Shown: piece after piece, positions 18,754-27,954 of the stretch
Position numbering within the stretch: the first letter of the stretch is position 1
How the letters are laid out: every line of letters begins with the position of its first letter
IMG/VR virus record: IMGVR_UViG_3300048876_000002
Span: 1 to 63,226 of that record
Length of the DNA stretch: 63,226 nucleotides
Source: a virus
Lineage: Duplodnaviria > Caudoviricetes
Strand: one strand, 5' to 3'
Translations under genes and position numbers: made by a program
The notes under the pieces: model-generated
What the model was told of the DNA's origin: nothing
What the model saw: the letters and a program-made list of their open reading frames with translations, nothing else
Databases searched by the model: none

Positions 18754-19278
18754 ATGAGAACCGCTGACTCAATCGAAGCAACGGCAGAATCTCAGGCAGA
18801 TTCCCAAGTTGCAACGTCGGGCAAAAAGCCGAAGAAAACACCATCGGAGGTAGCTGCTGGGCGTGCGCGGCGGTTAGCGAATCTTGTAGCACCGTGGAAC
18901 TCTCAGACTGCGCCGAAGAGTTGCGGAAGGCCGAAGAAAGATATTTCGCAAGAGATTGCGCGGCAAGTCTTTGAAAACAATCCAGAATTACTCTATAAGG
19001 CATACGTGAAGGCGCTGGCTAAAGGGCAGGCTTTTGCGTTCCAAGTGCTGTCTGACCGGGCATATGGCAAGTTAGTAGAGAAGCGAATTGTAGCGGATGG
19101 TGGGCAGCAAGACTTTGCGGGAGAAGATGAATCAAGCCTTAACGAACGAATTGCCAGAATCGAGCAGGATCTTGGCCTTGCGGGAGCGATTGATGAAGCT
19201 GGAAGAATTGGCAGCGCTCAGGCAGGAAAGAACCCGACGAACGGCAAGGCGGAAACTACTGACTTACTACCCCGATAG
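18754..19278 (+). CDS. terminase small subunit (putative)
   Basis: ANL.PW...GRPK...L.DRAYGK motif; immediately upstream of TerL. Confidence 0.7.
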   Translation: MRTADSIEATAESQADSQVATSGKKPKKTPSEVAAGRARRLANLVAPWNSQTAPKSCGRPKKDISQEIARQVFENNPELLYKAYVKALAKGQAFAFQVLSDRAYGKLVEKRIVADGGQQDFAGEDESSLNERIARIEQDLGLAGAIDEAGRIGSAQAGKNPTNGKAETTDLLPR

Positions 19279-20695
19279 TGGACCATTGCGGCGTGAGTTG
19301 TATGTTAAACACCTTCAATTCTTCGCTGCTGGGAGTAAGTACCGAGAACGCTTGATGTTAGCAGCTAACAGGATTGGCAAAACTGAGGGTGTGGGGGGGT
19401 ATGAGTTGGCGCTTCACTTGACCGGGCAGTATCCGGCATGGTGGGTAGGCCGGAGATTCACGCGGCCAGTGAAAGCGTGGGCGGCCGGCAATACCAGCAA
19501 GAAAGTATTTGAAATTCTGCAAGACAAGCTTATCGGGCCTGTGGGTAAGTGGGGAACAGGGTTGATTCCTGGGGATTCAATCGCCCGCACCGTGAGGGCT
19601 TCCGGTGGTATTGCTGACATGCTTGATTCTGTGTACATAACTCACGCCAAGGGCGGGACAAGCCTGCTGACCTTCAAGAGTTACGATCAGCGCCGCGAAG
19701 GGTTTGAGGGCACGGAGCAAGACATCATCCTGCTTGACGAAGAACCCCCGCTGGATGTGTACACGGAATGCCTGATTCGGACGATGACTAATAACGGCAT
19801 GTTAATGCTGACATTCACCCCCTTGGAAGGCATGTCGGATGTGGTATTACAGTTTCTTCCCGGCGGGAAACTGGATACTGCGGTATGCGGCAAGCCCGTT
19901 GGGGATGCCTATTGCAATCATCCACCTGCGCACGAAGGCCCGTGCAGTTATACCGAGCCTACTAAGTACGTGGTCATGGCGACGTGGGATGATGCGCCTC
20001 ACCTAGACGCGCAGGCGAAGAAAGACCTTTGGAACTCTATTCCGCCGTTTCAGCGCGATGCGCGGTCGAAGGGGATTCCGCAGCTTGGGGCTGGGGCAAT
20101 CTATCCGGTGCCTGAGTCTGATTTACTCGTCGATCCGTTTGCAATTCCTCCTCACTGGCCGCAAGGGTACGGCATGGACGTAGGCTGGAACTGCACAGCA
20201 GCCGTATGGGGAGCGCTAGACGGACAGAGTGATACTTTGTACCTTGTCGGGGAACATCGCCGCTCTCAGGCAGAACCAAGCGTCAACGCGGTAGGGATTC
20301 GGGCGCGCGGTGACTGGATTCCTGGCTTCATTGACCCTGCCTCAAGGGGGCGAAGCCAACAAGACGGGAAGCAGTTATTTGATGACTACACCCAGTTAGG
20401 ATTAAAGCTCTCTCTCGCAGATAATGGGGTCGAGTCAGGGCTGTACGGTGTTTGGAACCGAATGTCTACTGGGCGCTTGAAGGTATTCCGGTCGATGCAA
20501 AACTGGTTGCAGGAGTTTCGGCTGTACCGCAGGGATGACAAAGGCCATGTGGTCAAGGTGAATGATCACCTGATGGATGCCACGCGGTACCTAGAGAGCC
20601 GGATTTCTGAAATGAGAGCGAGACCGCAGGAAGTTAGGCCACGTCAGGAGTACTACACGCAAGGCCAACAGGATTTAAGCTGGATGGGGCAATGA
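19193..20695 (+). CDS. terminase large subunit, P22 gp2-like
   Basis: AANRIGKT Walker A, LLDEEPP Walker B, TFTPLEG, GMDVGW, DHLMDATRY nuclease motifs. Confidence 0.95.
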   Translation: MKLEELAALRQERTRRTARRKLLTYYPDSGPLRRELYVKHLQFFAAGSKYRERLMLAANRIGKTEGVGGYELALHLTGQYPAWWVGRRFTRPVKAWAAGNTSKKVFEILQDKLIGPVGKWGTGLIPGDSIARTVRASGGIADMLDSVYITHAKGGTSLLTFKSYDQRREGFEGTEQDIILLDEEPPLDVYTECLIRTMTNNGMLMLTFTPLEGMSDVVLQFLPGGKLDTAVCGKPVGDAYCNHPPAHEGPCSYTEPTKYVVMATWDDAPHLDAQAKKDLWNSIPPFQRDARSKGIPQLGAGAIYPVPESDLLVDPFAIPPHWPQGYGMDVGWNCTAAVWGALDGQSDTLYLVGEHRRSQAEPSVNAVGIRARGDWIPGFIDPASRGRSQQDGKQLFDDYTQLGLKLSLADNGVESGLYGVWNRMSTGRLKVFRSMQNWLQEFRLYRRDDKGHVVKVNDHLMDATRYLESRISEMRARPQEVRPRQEYYTQGQQDLSWMGQ

Positions 20696-20883
20696 GTACA
20701 GCCTTCGTAGTGCGGACCCGTGATTCCAAAGGTGCTCTTGTAGGTCATCGCATCTTCTCTAGCCGAGAGCTAGCCGACAGGCATCTTACCAGCGAACCGC
20801 TTGCGGCTGGACATACCAGCGAGATCATTGAACGCGAAGCAGTACCGGAAGCAGTTGCACAACTTGCCCGCAAGGGAAACTAG
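20692..20883 (+). CDS. hypothetical protein
   Basis: ATGA overlap. Confidence 0.5.
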   Translation: MSTAFVVRTRDSKGALVGHRIFSSRELADRHLTSEPLAAGHTSEIIEREAVPEAVAQLARKGN

Positions 20884-20892
20884 GAGAATCTT

Positions 20893-21474
20893 ATGAACCC
20901 CAACGAAGTTCCAGTACAGAACGCCGATCCGAGAACCAGAGCAATCAATCCGGCCTATGGCAAGCAACGTCCGCCGGAGAAGCCTTTGAATTCAAACCCT
21001 TCCCACCAGCCGCATGAATGTTGTGGGCGAATATTCCAAAGCAAGGAACTGTTCGACAACCATTTTGCCTCGGTCCACCAGCCATTTCTGACCAATGGCG
21101 AGGGCATTTCGGAAGCGAATCCGAGTTACATTGCGCCGGAGAATGCGAATACCGGGGCAGTGCATGGCGGGTTGCCATATGCTGAACACCGGGCAGGCGG
21201 GTTTGCCGGGAGAGGGCACAGTACGGGCTTGGCTGCAACGGAGAAGTTTATTCCGGTGCCGGAGAGTCAGAAGCATCTGATCAACAACCCGGAGTATGGG
21301 TTAGGGTCTACGGGCGCCTCAGGGTTAGCTGCCAATCAGCAACAGATTGACGCGGAAGCCCAGCGACAGGCAGGGTATCCGATAGGTACAGAGCCAGGAC
21401 AACGGGAGTACCTCGACAAGAGCCGACCGGGCATGGAAACTCCGAACGGCCAACCGCGTCCCTTTGGCGAGTAA
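20893..21474 (+). CDS. low-complexity protein with a C2H2-like finger
   Basis: AGGAG RBS; HECCGRIFQSKELFDNHFASVH. Confidence 0.55.
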   Translation: MNPNEVPVQNADPRTRAINPAYGKQRPPEKPLNSNPSHQPHECCGRIFQSKELFDNHFASVHQPFLTNGEGISEANPSYIAPENANTGAVHGGLPYAEHRAGGFAGRGHSTGLAATEKFIPVPESQKHLINNPEYGLGSTGASGLAANQQQIDAEAQRQAGYPIGTEPGQREYLDKSRPGMETPNGQPRPFGE

Positions 21475-21557
21475 TGAGTCGTCACCACCATAACGAGCTT
21501 CACGAACTTGAAGAGAAGATCAGGCAATTGGCCTACTTCCTCTTAGGAGAAGAAATC

Positions 21558-21890
21558 ATGTCCCAAGTACAGTTTTCCGTAGTGATCACCGTTACACCGT
21601 CCACGCCGCCCCCTCCGCCTTTGACTGAGGGCGCTCCGTCTGGAACCGCTACATTCGCTCAAGGGGTGCAGAGTTCGGTTGTACTCACCTCGATTACTGG
21701 CGGCGTTGCCCCTCTGGTTGCCCCCGTCGTGGACCCCACAAGCCCTTCCCAGCTTCCTCCGGGCATTACGGCTAGCCTGGATGCCAGCAACAACCTGATC
21801 CTGTCCGGCACTCCGACTGTGTCCGGGACGGCGACCGTGCTGCTAAACGTCAACGACTCCGCGACTCCGTCAGTTCCGGCGAAAGCGTAG
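21558..21890 (+). CDS. Ig-like (He_PIG-type) small virion protein
   Basis: ITGGVAP...LPPGIT.......LSGTPTVSGT.T..L.V.DS; AGGAG RBS (ORF may extend to 21474). Confidence 0.6.
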   Translation: MSQVQFSVVITVTPSTPPPPPLTEGAPSGTATFAQGVQSSVVLTSITGGVAPLVAPVVDPTSPSQLPPGITASLDASNNLILSGTPTVSGTATVLLNVNDSATPSVPAKA

Positions 21891-21899
21891 GGTACATCC

Positions 21900-22178
21900 A
21901 TGGCTGGACTGAAAACAGCGGTAGGCGAGCGGCATAGTAAGCCGAAGGCGCTCACGTCGATGGAGGTCCGCGAAGCCGAGCCGAACGAGCTTGAGGAAGG
22001 CAAAAGCGGCGGACACATCGTAATGCACAACTTCGACAACAGTGGCAGCGGAAGTTACCATGACCCTGAGAAACATTCGTTTCCCGAAGGCCAAGGCGCT
22101 GCCCTGTTGTCCCATATAGCGGATCATCTGCACATCAAAATGCCGGATATGGACGAATCCGAAGAAAAGGGGGAGTGA
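21900..22178 (+). CDS. hypothetical protein
   Basis: ORF in the late operon. Confidence 0.55.
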   Translation: MAGLKTAVGERHSKPKALTSMEVREAEPNELEEGKSGGHIVMHNFDNSGSGSYHDPEKHSFPEGQGAALLSHIADHLHIKMPDMDESEEKGE

Positions 22179-22179
22179 A

Positions 22180-22578
22180 ATGGCAAGAGGAGTAGGACCG
22201 CACGTAGGGGCGGTAGAAGCGGCATTTCTGCAAGACATTAAGGACGGGGACGCCATGCAAGGACTCCCTGTCCTGTTGACTGGATCGGCGGATGCGATTA
22301 ATCCTCACCAGTCGGGCAATTACATCGTCACGACCGCTGGCGTGGACTCCATAACGTTGGGAGCGCCTACGGCAGGAGTAGACGATAACCTGTCGATTGT
22401 GATCACTTCCGGCAGTTCAAATGCTCATACGGTGACTCTGCCTTCAGCGCTGTTTGCTAATGGGGCCTCGCTGGCTACTGTGGCCACGTTCAAGGCGTTT
22501 TCCGGGTCAAACTTGCTGCTGAGAGCCTGGAACGGGACTTGGCAGGTAATGTCATCGAACGTCACCAGCATCTCGTAA
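22180..22578 (+). CDS. putative capsid decoration/head fibre protein
   Basis: Beta-rich, TLGAPTAG.D...I.ITS....AHTVT; GGGGAG RBS. Confidence 0.5.
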   Translation: MARGVGPHVGAVEAAFLQDIKDGDAMQGLPVLLTGSADAINPHQSGNYIVTTAGVDSITLGAPTAGVDDNLSIVITSGSSNAHTVTLPSALFANGASLATVATFKAFSGSNLLLRAWNGTWQVMSSNVTSIS

Positions 22579-22678
22579 TGCCAAAGTTCCTCGAAGCCGC
22601 GCTCCGCCATGAAGCCCGTAAGAAGGGGAATTATATACATGAGTCGCTAACCCTTTCAGAACAAAGCGACTAAAGTTC

Positions 22679-22707
22679 TTGACAAAATGCAGCGAGTTAT
22701 CTACTAT
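22679..22707 (+). promoter_or_regulatory. IS-internal sigma70 promoter
   Basis: TTGACA-17 nt-TACTAT upstream of the passenger genes. Confidence 0.65.
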
Positions 22708-22734
22708 GAGTGCATGGTTACGGAGGATAAAGCG

Positions 22735-23022
22735 ATGAAAAACACACAGAATCCGAGCACAGAACAACTGGAAGCACTCAAGGCGTGGGCTGCTCTTTAC
22801 GGTCGAAACTGGAAGTCTCCTCTCCTCGATGCGTGGATGACTGGCGACTACGGCTCTTTCGAGCAATCCAACTATCTCCAGCAAATTCGCAACACTTTTG
22901 GCCCGTCTTGGTTGATTCGCTTTCGGCTCCCGAAGGCGGACGGGCTGGAGCACCTGCGCGGTGCGGTCGAGGACATGCAATTCTTCGACCGTGTTACGAA
23001 GGGAGTCCGGGATGGACGCTAA
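22735..23022 (+). CDS. IS passenger hypothetical protein
   Basis: GGAGG RBS; inside the TIRs. Confidence 0.65.
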   Translation: MKNTQNPSTEQLEALKAWAALYGRNWKSPLLDAWMTGDYGSFEQSNYLQQIRNTFGPSWLIRFRLPKADGLEHLRGAVEDMQFFDRVTKGVRDGR

Positions 23023-23197
23023 AGAAGTGTTCGTTATCGAGTGGCTCCATCCTGACGGCACATGGCACATTGACCGCGACCTGTATCTGCCTAGGTTTAC
23101 GAGAGAAGAAGCGGAACGCTCAATAGGATTTCGCGGCAAGTTTGAAATCAAGATTGAACGGCGCGTGACAAAGTACGTTCCAGAGGAAGGCAGATGA
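23012..23197 (+). CDS. IS passenger hypothetical protein
   Basis: GGGAG RBS; overlapping operon. Confidence 0.55.
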   Translation: MDAKEVFVIEWLHPDGTWHIDRDLYLPRFTREEAERSIGFRGKFEIKIERRVTKYVPEEGR

Positions 23198-23400
23198 TCC
23201 GCACAGCCAAGTTTATCTTCTGCGACAACGAGCACGGCATGGTTACCTACCCCGATCTGTTCGCCGATACCGAAGTGTTGCGCCAGCATTTTATCGACTC
23301 TCCGAGCCTGAAGGCTTTACGCCAAGATGCCAAGAAAGCGGGTTGGAGTCGCCACAACGGTGCGGACTATTGCCAGCAATGCACGGAGGGCGGGATATGA
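23194..23400 (+). CDS. IS passenger zinc-ribbon-like protein
   Basis: IFCD...AKKAGW...DYCQQC. Confidence 0.55.
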   Translation: MIRTAKFIFCDNEHGMVTYPDLFADTEVLRQHFIDSPSLKALRQDAKKAGWSRHNGADYCQQCTEGGI

Positions 23401-24323
23401 GCAAGAGCACGATTAGCACCTTCCAACTTTTTGAGATGTTTCCGACCGCTGAGTCAGCACGGATTTACCTCGAATCCAGACTCTGGCCTGACGGCGCGTT
23501 CTGCCCTGAATGCAAGAGCCGGGAGCGCATCGGGAAGCAGCCCAAGGTTGGCTTCTATCGCTGCAATGCCTGTTCCCTCGATTTTACGATCCGTACAGGG
23601 ACGATCTTCGAGCGCAGCCATATCCCCCTGCACAAGTGGCTTTACGCCATGTACCTGCTTGTAACCGCACGCAAGGGCATCTCTAGCCTGCAATTGGGGA
23701 AAGAGATTGGCGTCACTCAGAAGTCGGCATGGTTCATGCTTCAACGTCTGAGAGAGGCTTGTGGCTCTGGCGATGATCTTGACAAGTTGCGTGGCATCGT
23801 CGAAGTAGACGAGTGCTTCATCGGCGGGAAAGAGCGCAATAAGCACGAGCACAAGAAACTCAAGGCTGGACGCGGCAGCGTAGGCAAGACTGCTGTCGTA
23901 GGGCTTCGGGAGCGTGGCGGACGCACCGTAGCGATGCCGATTGAGGCTACCGACATGGCCGCACTGCAATCGGCTGTCCATGCTAACGTCGAAGTAGGTT
24001 CCACGATCTTTACTGATGAGGCGACGGGCTATGTCGGCCTTGACGGTCTGTTCTTTCGCCACGAAGCCATCAATCACACGGCTGGCATCTACTCCGAGAA
24101 CGGAGTCAGCACGAACAGCATCGAATCCGTTTGGGCTGTGCTCAAGCGCGGTGTATATGGCGTCTACCATCAAGTTTCCAAGAAGCACCTGCATCGCTAT
24201 GTGGATGAGTTTACGTTTCGCCTGAACGTCGGTAACGTGAGCCGTCACACCTTGGAACGGCTGGATAGCTTCGTCGTTGCGGTAGTCGGAAAGCATCTCA
24301 CCTACAAGGAACTGACAGCATGA
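23397..24323 (+). CDS. IS1595 (ISXO2-like) DDE transposase
   Basis: CPEC..C..C zinc ribbon, HTH, VEVDE, TDE, TNSIES.WAVLKRG, Y.DEF.FR.N. Confidence 0.95.
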   Translation: MSKSTISTFQLFEMFPTAESARIYLESRLWPDGAFCPECKSRERIGKQPKVGFYRCNACSLDFTIRTGTIFERSHIPLHKWLYAMYLLVTARKGISSLQLGKEIGVTQKSAWFMLQRLREACGSGDDLDKLRGIVEVDECFIGGKERNKHEHKKLKAGRGSVGKTAVVGLRERGGRTVAMPIEATDMAALQSAVHANVEVGSTIFTDEATGYVGLDGLFFRHEAINHTAGIYSENGVSTNSIESVWAVLKRGVYGVYHQVSKKHLHRYVDEFTFRLNVGNVSRHTLERLDSFVVAVVGKHLTYKELTA

Positions 24324-24457
24324 AAACTCCCCCAGAGCTAGACCGTATCGCGGATAAAGTCCTCTCGTATCGTCCGAAACCCAAGACCAAAGCGGCCAAG
24401 CGCCGGAAGCGGAGAGATCAGTATGCGAAGCGTCGAAGGAGCGAGTCATCTATATAA
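24320..24457 (+). CDS. small basic IS-associated ORF (45 aa)
   Basis: MKTPPELDRIADKVLSYRPKPK...; ATGA overlap with the transposase. Confidence 0.5.
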   Translation: MKTPPELDRIADKVLSYRPKPKTKAAKRRKRRDQYAKRRRSESSI

Positions 24458-24613
24458 TTCCCGTAAGAAGGGGTTAAAGGGCAGAGCCGCCGACAGGTAC
24501 ACGTTTGGTGCATTGAACAATATGAATGCGATGCACGGAAACAAGGAAACAGCGCATGGGGCTGCAATGCAGCGCAAGCACGACAAGATGGTTTCTGTGG
24601 AAAGGTTAAGAGC

Positions 24614-24904
24614 ATGATGCCGATAGCGCGTTCCCCGATGCAGTATCCCAGCCCGGTTTCGCAGAGAATGCCTCTTCAGGGCGGCGCTCCTCCGCGCTGG
24701 CCCGGTGACCCGGTTGGTGGTGCTCCCGTTCGGCCTATTGGACCTGAGATGCCCGTGCTTGGGCAATTCAGGAAAGGTGGGAAGGTTGCGAAGACGGGCA
24801 AATATGTGCTCCATGCTGGGGAGAAAGTTGTCCCGAAAGGTAAGCGGAAGGCTCCGCATCATGGGCCGGAGAAGATGGTCAGCGTAGCGGCGTTGAGAGC
24901 ATAG
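24614..24904 (+). CDS. small basic Pro-rich protein
   Basis: GQFRKGGKV.KTG.Y.LH.GE.VVP motif; ends KMVSVAALRA. Confidence 0.65.
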   Translation: MMPIARSPMQYPSPVSQRMPLQGGAPPRWPGDPVGGAPVRPIGPEMPVLGQFRKGGKVAKTGKYVLHAGEKVVPKGKRKAPHHGPEKMVSVAALRA

Positions 24905-25143
24905 TGGCGAACTACCTTTCAAGTCCATCGTCAGTCAACGCGCCGGGAACCTTCCGCCTGCGTAAGCCACGGCTGGCGCAAGTGGGGATGCCGAAGCCGT
25001 TACTGAAGTTCGCGCAGCCTAGCGGGGTGCCAAAGATGGGCAGGATTCAGCCTTCAAAGGTAAAAATGATGTCCGTTGCGGCTCTCGCGGGGCCAAGACT
25101 ATCAGCGCCCCGCGTACCGCGTATACCAAAGGTGATGGCGTGA
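24904..25143 (+). CDS. small basic Pro-rich protein
   Basis: Operon overlaps; contains KMMSVAALA. Confidence 0.55.
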   Translation: MANYLSSPSSVNAPGTFRLRKPRLAQVGMPKPLLKFAQPSGVPKMGRIQPSKVKMMSVAALAGPRLSAPRVPRIPKVMA

Positions 25144-25496
25144 GACTATCTGAACTTGATCCCAAAACATTCGTACCGCTAGGGCATAACCGGAAGGCCC
25201 TGCTAGTCGAGCGGATTGACTCCGCGCATGAGTTTCAACACATCATCATCCCGGAAGAGTGCAAAGGCGCTGCCCTGTCGTCTGGCTTGGAGCCTCCTGT
25301 TTTGAGTCACTACCTGCCAAAACGCTGTAAGGTGCTGGCGATTGGCCCGAACGTGCGCGGCGTTAAGCCGGGGGATGTTGTAAATGTGCCCGGGGCGGGG
25401 AACTGCTATGCCGACTACGAGGATGGCACGGGACCGGGAAGCCGTTTGCTGATCCGTGAAGGGGATATTGCGGGAGTGTATGAAGCAACTGCGTAA
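25140..25496 (+). CDS. GroES-like co-chaperonin
   Basis: PLG...LVER...IIIP...KVLAIGP...VKPGD.V....LIREGDI.GV. Confidence 0.75.
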   Translation: MRLSELDPKTFVPLGHNRKALLVERIDSAHEFQHIIIPEECKGAALSSGLEPPVLSHYLPKRCKVLAIGPNVRGVKPGDVVNVPGAGNCYADYEDGTGPGSRLLIREGDIAGVYEATA

Positions 25497-27750
25497 CGCC
25501 CAAGGGAATCCTGGCAAAAAAGAGCTCTCCGAAGTTCAGAAGGCGCAGACTCGTGACAAGAAGTTCATCGAGATTGCCCTGAAGCGATGGAAGGCTTCTG
25601 CGGAAGCTACGTCACAGACGCGCCGGGAAGCCTTGGAGGACTTTAAGTTTAGGGCTGGTGAGCAGTGGCCTGCGGATGTAGCGAAAGCCTACGGCAACAG
25701 GGTAATGCTGACCATCAACCGGACAGCATCATTTTGTAATCAGGTCACAAACGAGCAGCGCCAGCAGAGGCCAGCGGGAACCATCAACCCGGTAGGGGAT
25801 CAGGCCGACAAGGATACCGCCGAAATCCTGCAAGGCTTGGTGAGGCATGTCGAAGTCAACTGCGATGCGGAAGTGGGCGACGACATTGCTTTCGAGCATA
25901 TGGTTATCGGAGGGTTTGGCTGGCTAAGACTTTGGTCGGAAGATATTGATGATGATCCCGACAATGAGTGGCAGCAGGAGATTAAGGTTGAAGCCGTTCC
26001 GAACCCATTCACGGTATATGACGATCCTAACGCACGTCATCCGCTGAAAATTGATGCAAAGTGGAGGTTCTTTGTAGAGGACATCCCGATAGACGATTAC
26101 AAGGAAAAGTATGGCGATCAGACCGACTTCGCATCTCTTGAGCAATTCCGCAGTACCGGCGATTCCCCGCAAGAGTGGGTGAGTAAAGAGGCCATACGAA
26201 TTGCCGAGTATTATCATATCGAGTTCACGGAAGAGACGATCTACCGATTAGCCGATGGCACGACCGTGCGCGAGTTGCAACCGGGCGAAAATGCTATCAA
26301 GACGCGCACTAAGCAGGTTCCGAGAGTAGTGTGGACGCTGATAAACGCGGTGCAGAAACTTGAGGAGCATGATGTTCCGGGGCGCGTGATTCCTTCCGTG
26401 CCGGTTCTCGGCTACAACCTGAATATTGACGGTAAGCAGTATCTCGCGGGGTTGGTGAGGACGGCAAAAGACCCGGCAAGGGCTTACAACTACCATCTGT
26501 CAAAGGCTACGCAAACGGTTGCCATCGCGTCAAAAGCGCCGTGGGTTGCAGCGGTGGGGCAACTGGAAGGGCGAGAGAACGAATGGGCGCGGTCGAACAG
26601 TGGCGATGTTAATGTATTGCAGTACAACCACAAAGACAACGTGGCTCCTCCGACGCGGGATGTAGCGGAACCGCCGATTGAGGCTATCAGCCATCTTTTG
26701 ACCACCGCCGATACCGACATGAAGGCGGTAACGGGGCTTTTCGACCCGTCGCTAGGGCAGAAATCTCCCGACCAGTCTGGCAAGGCTATCGTCGCGCTGC
26801 AACGGCAAGGCAATGTCGCGACTTCCAACTTCTCCGACAATCTGGCGCGAACGAAGCGTGAAATCACGCGCATCATGCTTCAGTGGATACCCGTCATTTA
26901 CGATACGGCGGCAGTTCGCAGAATCATTAAGCCTGATGGGACGGTTGACCATGTAGGGGTCTACAACTCGAAGTCTGGGGCAATGTCCGGGATGTCGCAG
27001 GATCAGGCTAAGCAGTATGCCCAAGAGCAACTGCAAGAGCATATTGATTCCGGCAAGATCAAGAAGATTTACGACATTGGGTTAGGCCGCTATGATGTCA
27101 CTGTTTCAGTCGGCCCAAGCTACCAGACCAAGCGGCAAGAGCAGGCAGCGGCCATCATGCAACTCATTGGAGCTTATCCGGAGTTAATGCACGTCTGCGG
27201 GGATATCCTGATCAGCGATTTGGACTTTGAGCAGGCAAAGGAAATTGCGGAGCGCGTGAAGCGCACGATCCCACCGAACATTCTTGGTCCGGCGGACGGT
27301 ACGGACCCCGAGGCCGACAATGCCCGGATGCAGTCAGAACTTCAGCAGATGATGCAACAGCATCAGCAGTTGGCGCAGGAGTTGCAAAGCGCTACGCAGA
27401 TCATCAATACCAAGCAGGTTGAGGCTCAGGCGAAGAAAGAAATCGCGCAAGGGCAGGATGCCGCGAAGATGGCTATCGAGAAACTCCATGCCGAGACGCA
27501 GATCACCGTTGCGGAGATCAACACTAAAGCTCAATTGGCCCAGACGCGGCTTGAGTATGAGCATGACATGTGGAGCGTTCTACATAATACCGCTCACGAC
27601 TTAGGGATGCAGGCAGATCAGAACGCCGCCAATCAGCAGGCAGCCGCGCAGCAAGCCGCTACTCAGGCCGATTCGCAGGCTTCAGATCAGGACCACCAGC
27701 AGACGATGGCGGAGCAGGCGCAGGAGAATCAGCCAGAGGCGGGGCAGTGA
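25480..27750 (+). CDS. portal protein, P22 gp1-like
   Basis: F..G.QWP, LTINR, GLVR.AKDP.R.YNY, SGKAI...QRQG, G.YDV.V.VGPSY.TKRQE; coiled-coil C-terminal barrel. Confidence 0.92.
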   Translation: MKQLRNAQGNPGKKELSEVQKAQTRDKKFIEIALKRWKASAEATSQTRREALEDFKFRAGEQWPADVAKAYGNRVMLTINRTASFCNQVTNEQRQQRPAGTINPVGDQADKDTAEILQGLVRHVEVNCDAEVGDDIAFEHMVIGGFGWLRLWSEDIDDDPDNEWQQEIKVEAVPNPFTVYDDPNARHPLKIDAKWRFFVEDIPIDDYKEKYGDQTDFASLEQFRSTGDSPQEWVSKEAIRIAEYYHIEFTEETIYRLADGTTVRELQPGENAIKTRTKQVPRVVWTLINAVQKLEEHDVPGRVIPSVPVLGYNLNIDGKQYLAGLVRTAKDPARAYNYHLSKATQTVAIASKAPWVAAVGQLEGRENEWARSNSGDVNVLQYNHKDNVAPPTRDVAEPPIEAISHLLTTADTDMKAVTGLFDPSLGQKSPDQSGKAIVALQRQGNVATSNFSDNLARTKREITRIMLQWIPVIYDTAAVRRIIKPDGTVDHVGVYNSKSGAMSGMSQDQAKQYAQEQLQEHIDSGKIKKIYDIGLGRYDVTVSVGPSYQTKRQEQAAAIMQLIGAYPELMHVCGDILISDLDFEQAKEIAERVKRTIPPNILGPADGTDPEADNARMQSELQQMMQQHQQLAQELQSATQIINTKQVEAQAKKEIAQGQDAAKMAIEKLHAETQITVAEINTKAQLAQTRLEYEHDMWSVLHNTAHDLGMQADQNAANQQAAAQQAATQADSQASDQDHQQTMAEQAQENQPEAGQ

Positions 27751-27952
27751 CGGTGGTATCTAGTCCAGACGCGTCATATCCATATCCCATGAAATGCAAG
27801 GTGGACTCATCGTCAAACGTGATCGTGACGGAATTGTTGCCATGGGAAAAGTCTTCTCCTGAGTCAGGTTCGCGCCGAATGGCGGATACGCGACGACCGA
27901 TGAAGCGTTGCAATAATTCGACATTCACATCTTCGATGTCAATCTCCGGCAT
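27659..27952 (-). CDS. antisense moron hypothetical protein
   Basis: AAGGAG RBS; 3' end overlaps the portal 3' end. Confidence 0.55.
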   Translation of the reverse strand: MPEIDIEDVNVELLQRFIGRRVSAIRREPDSGEDFSHGNNSVTITFDDESTLHFMGYGYDASGLDTTVTAPPLADSPAPAPPSSAGGPDLKPANRPE

Positions 27953-27954
27953 GT

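Larger units (their letters stand above)
22626..24462 (+). mobile_element. IS1595-family element with passenger genes (1837 bp)
   Basis: 23-bp TIRs GGGAATTATATACATGAGTCGCT / rc GGGAATTATATAGATGACTCGCT (2 mismatches); 8-bp TSD GTAAGAAG at 22618-22625 and 24463-24470. Confidence 0.93.
22578..24617 (+). pseudogene. 64-aa basic protein split by IS1595
   Basis: Removing 22626-24470 restores MPKFLEAALRHEARKK|GLKGRAADRYTFGALNNMNAMHGNKETAHGAAMQRKHDKMVSVERLRA*, with TAATG/ATGA overlaps to its neighbours. Confidence 0.85.

Noticed and set aside
23454-24449. 331-aa antisense ORF
   Set aside because: Shadow of the IS1595 transposase
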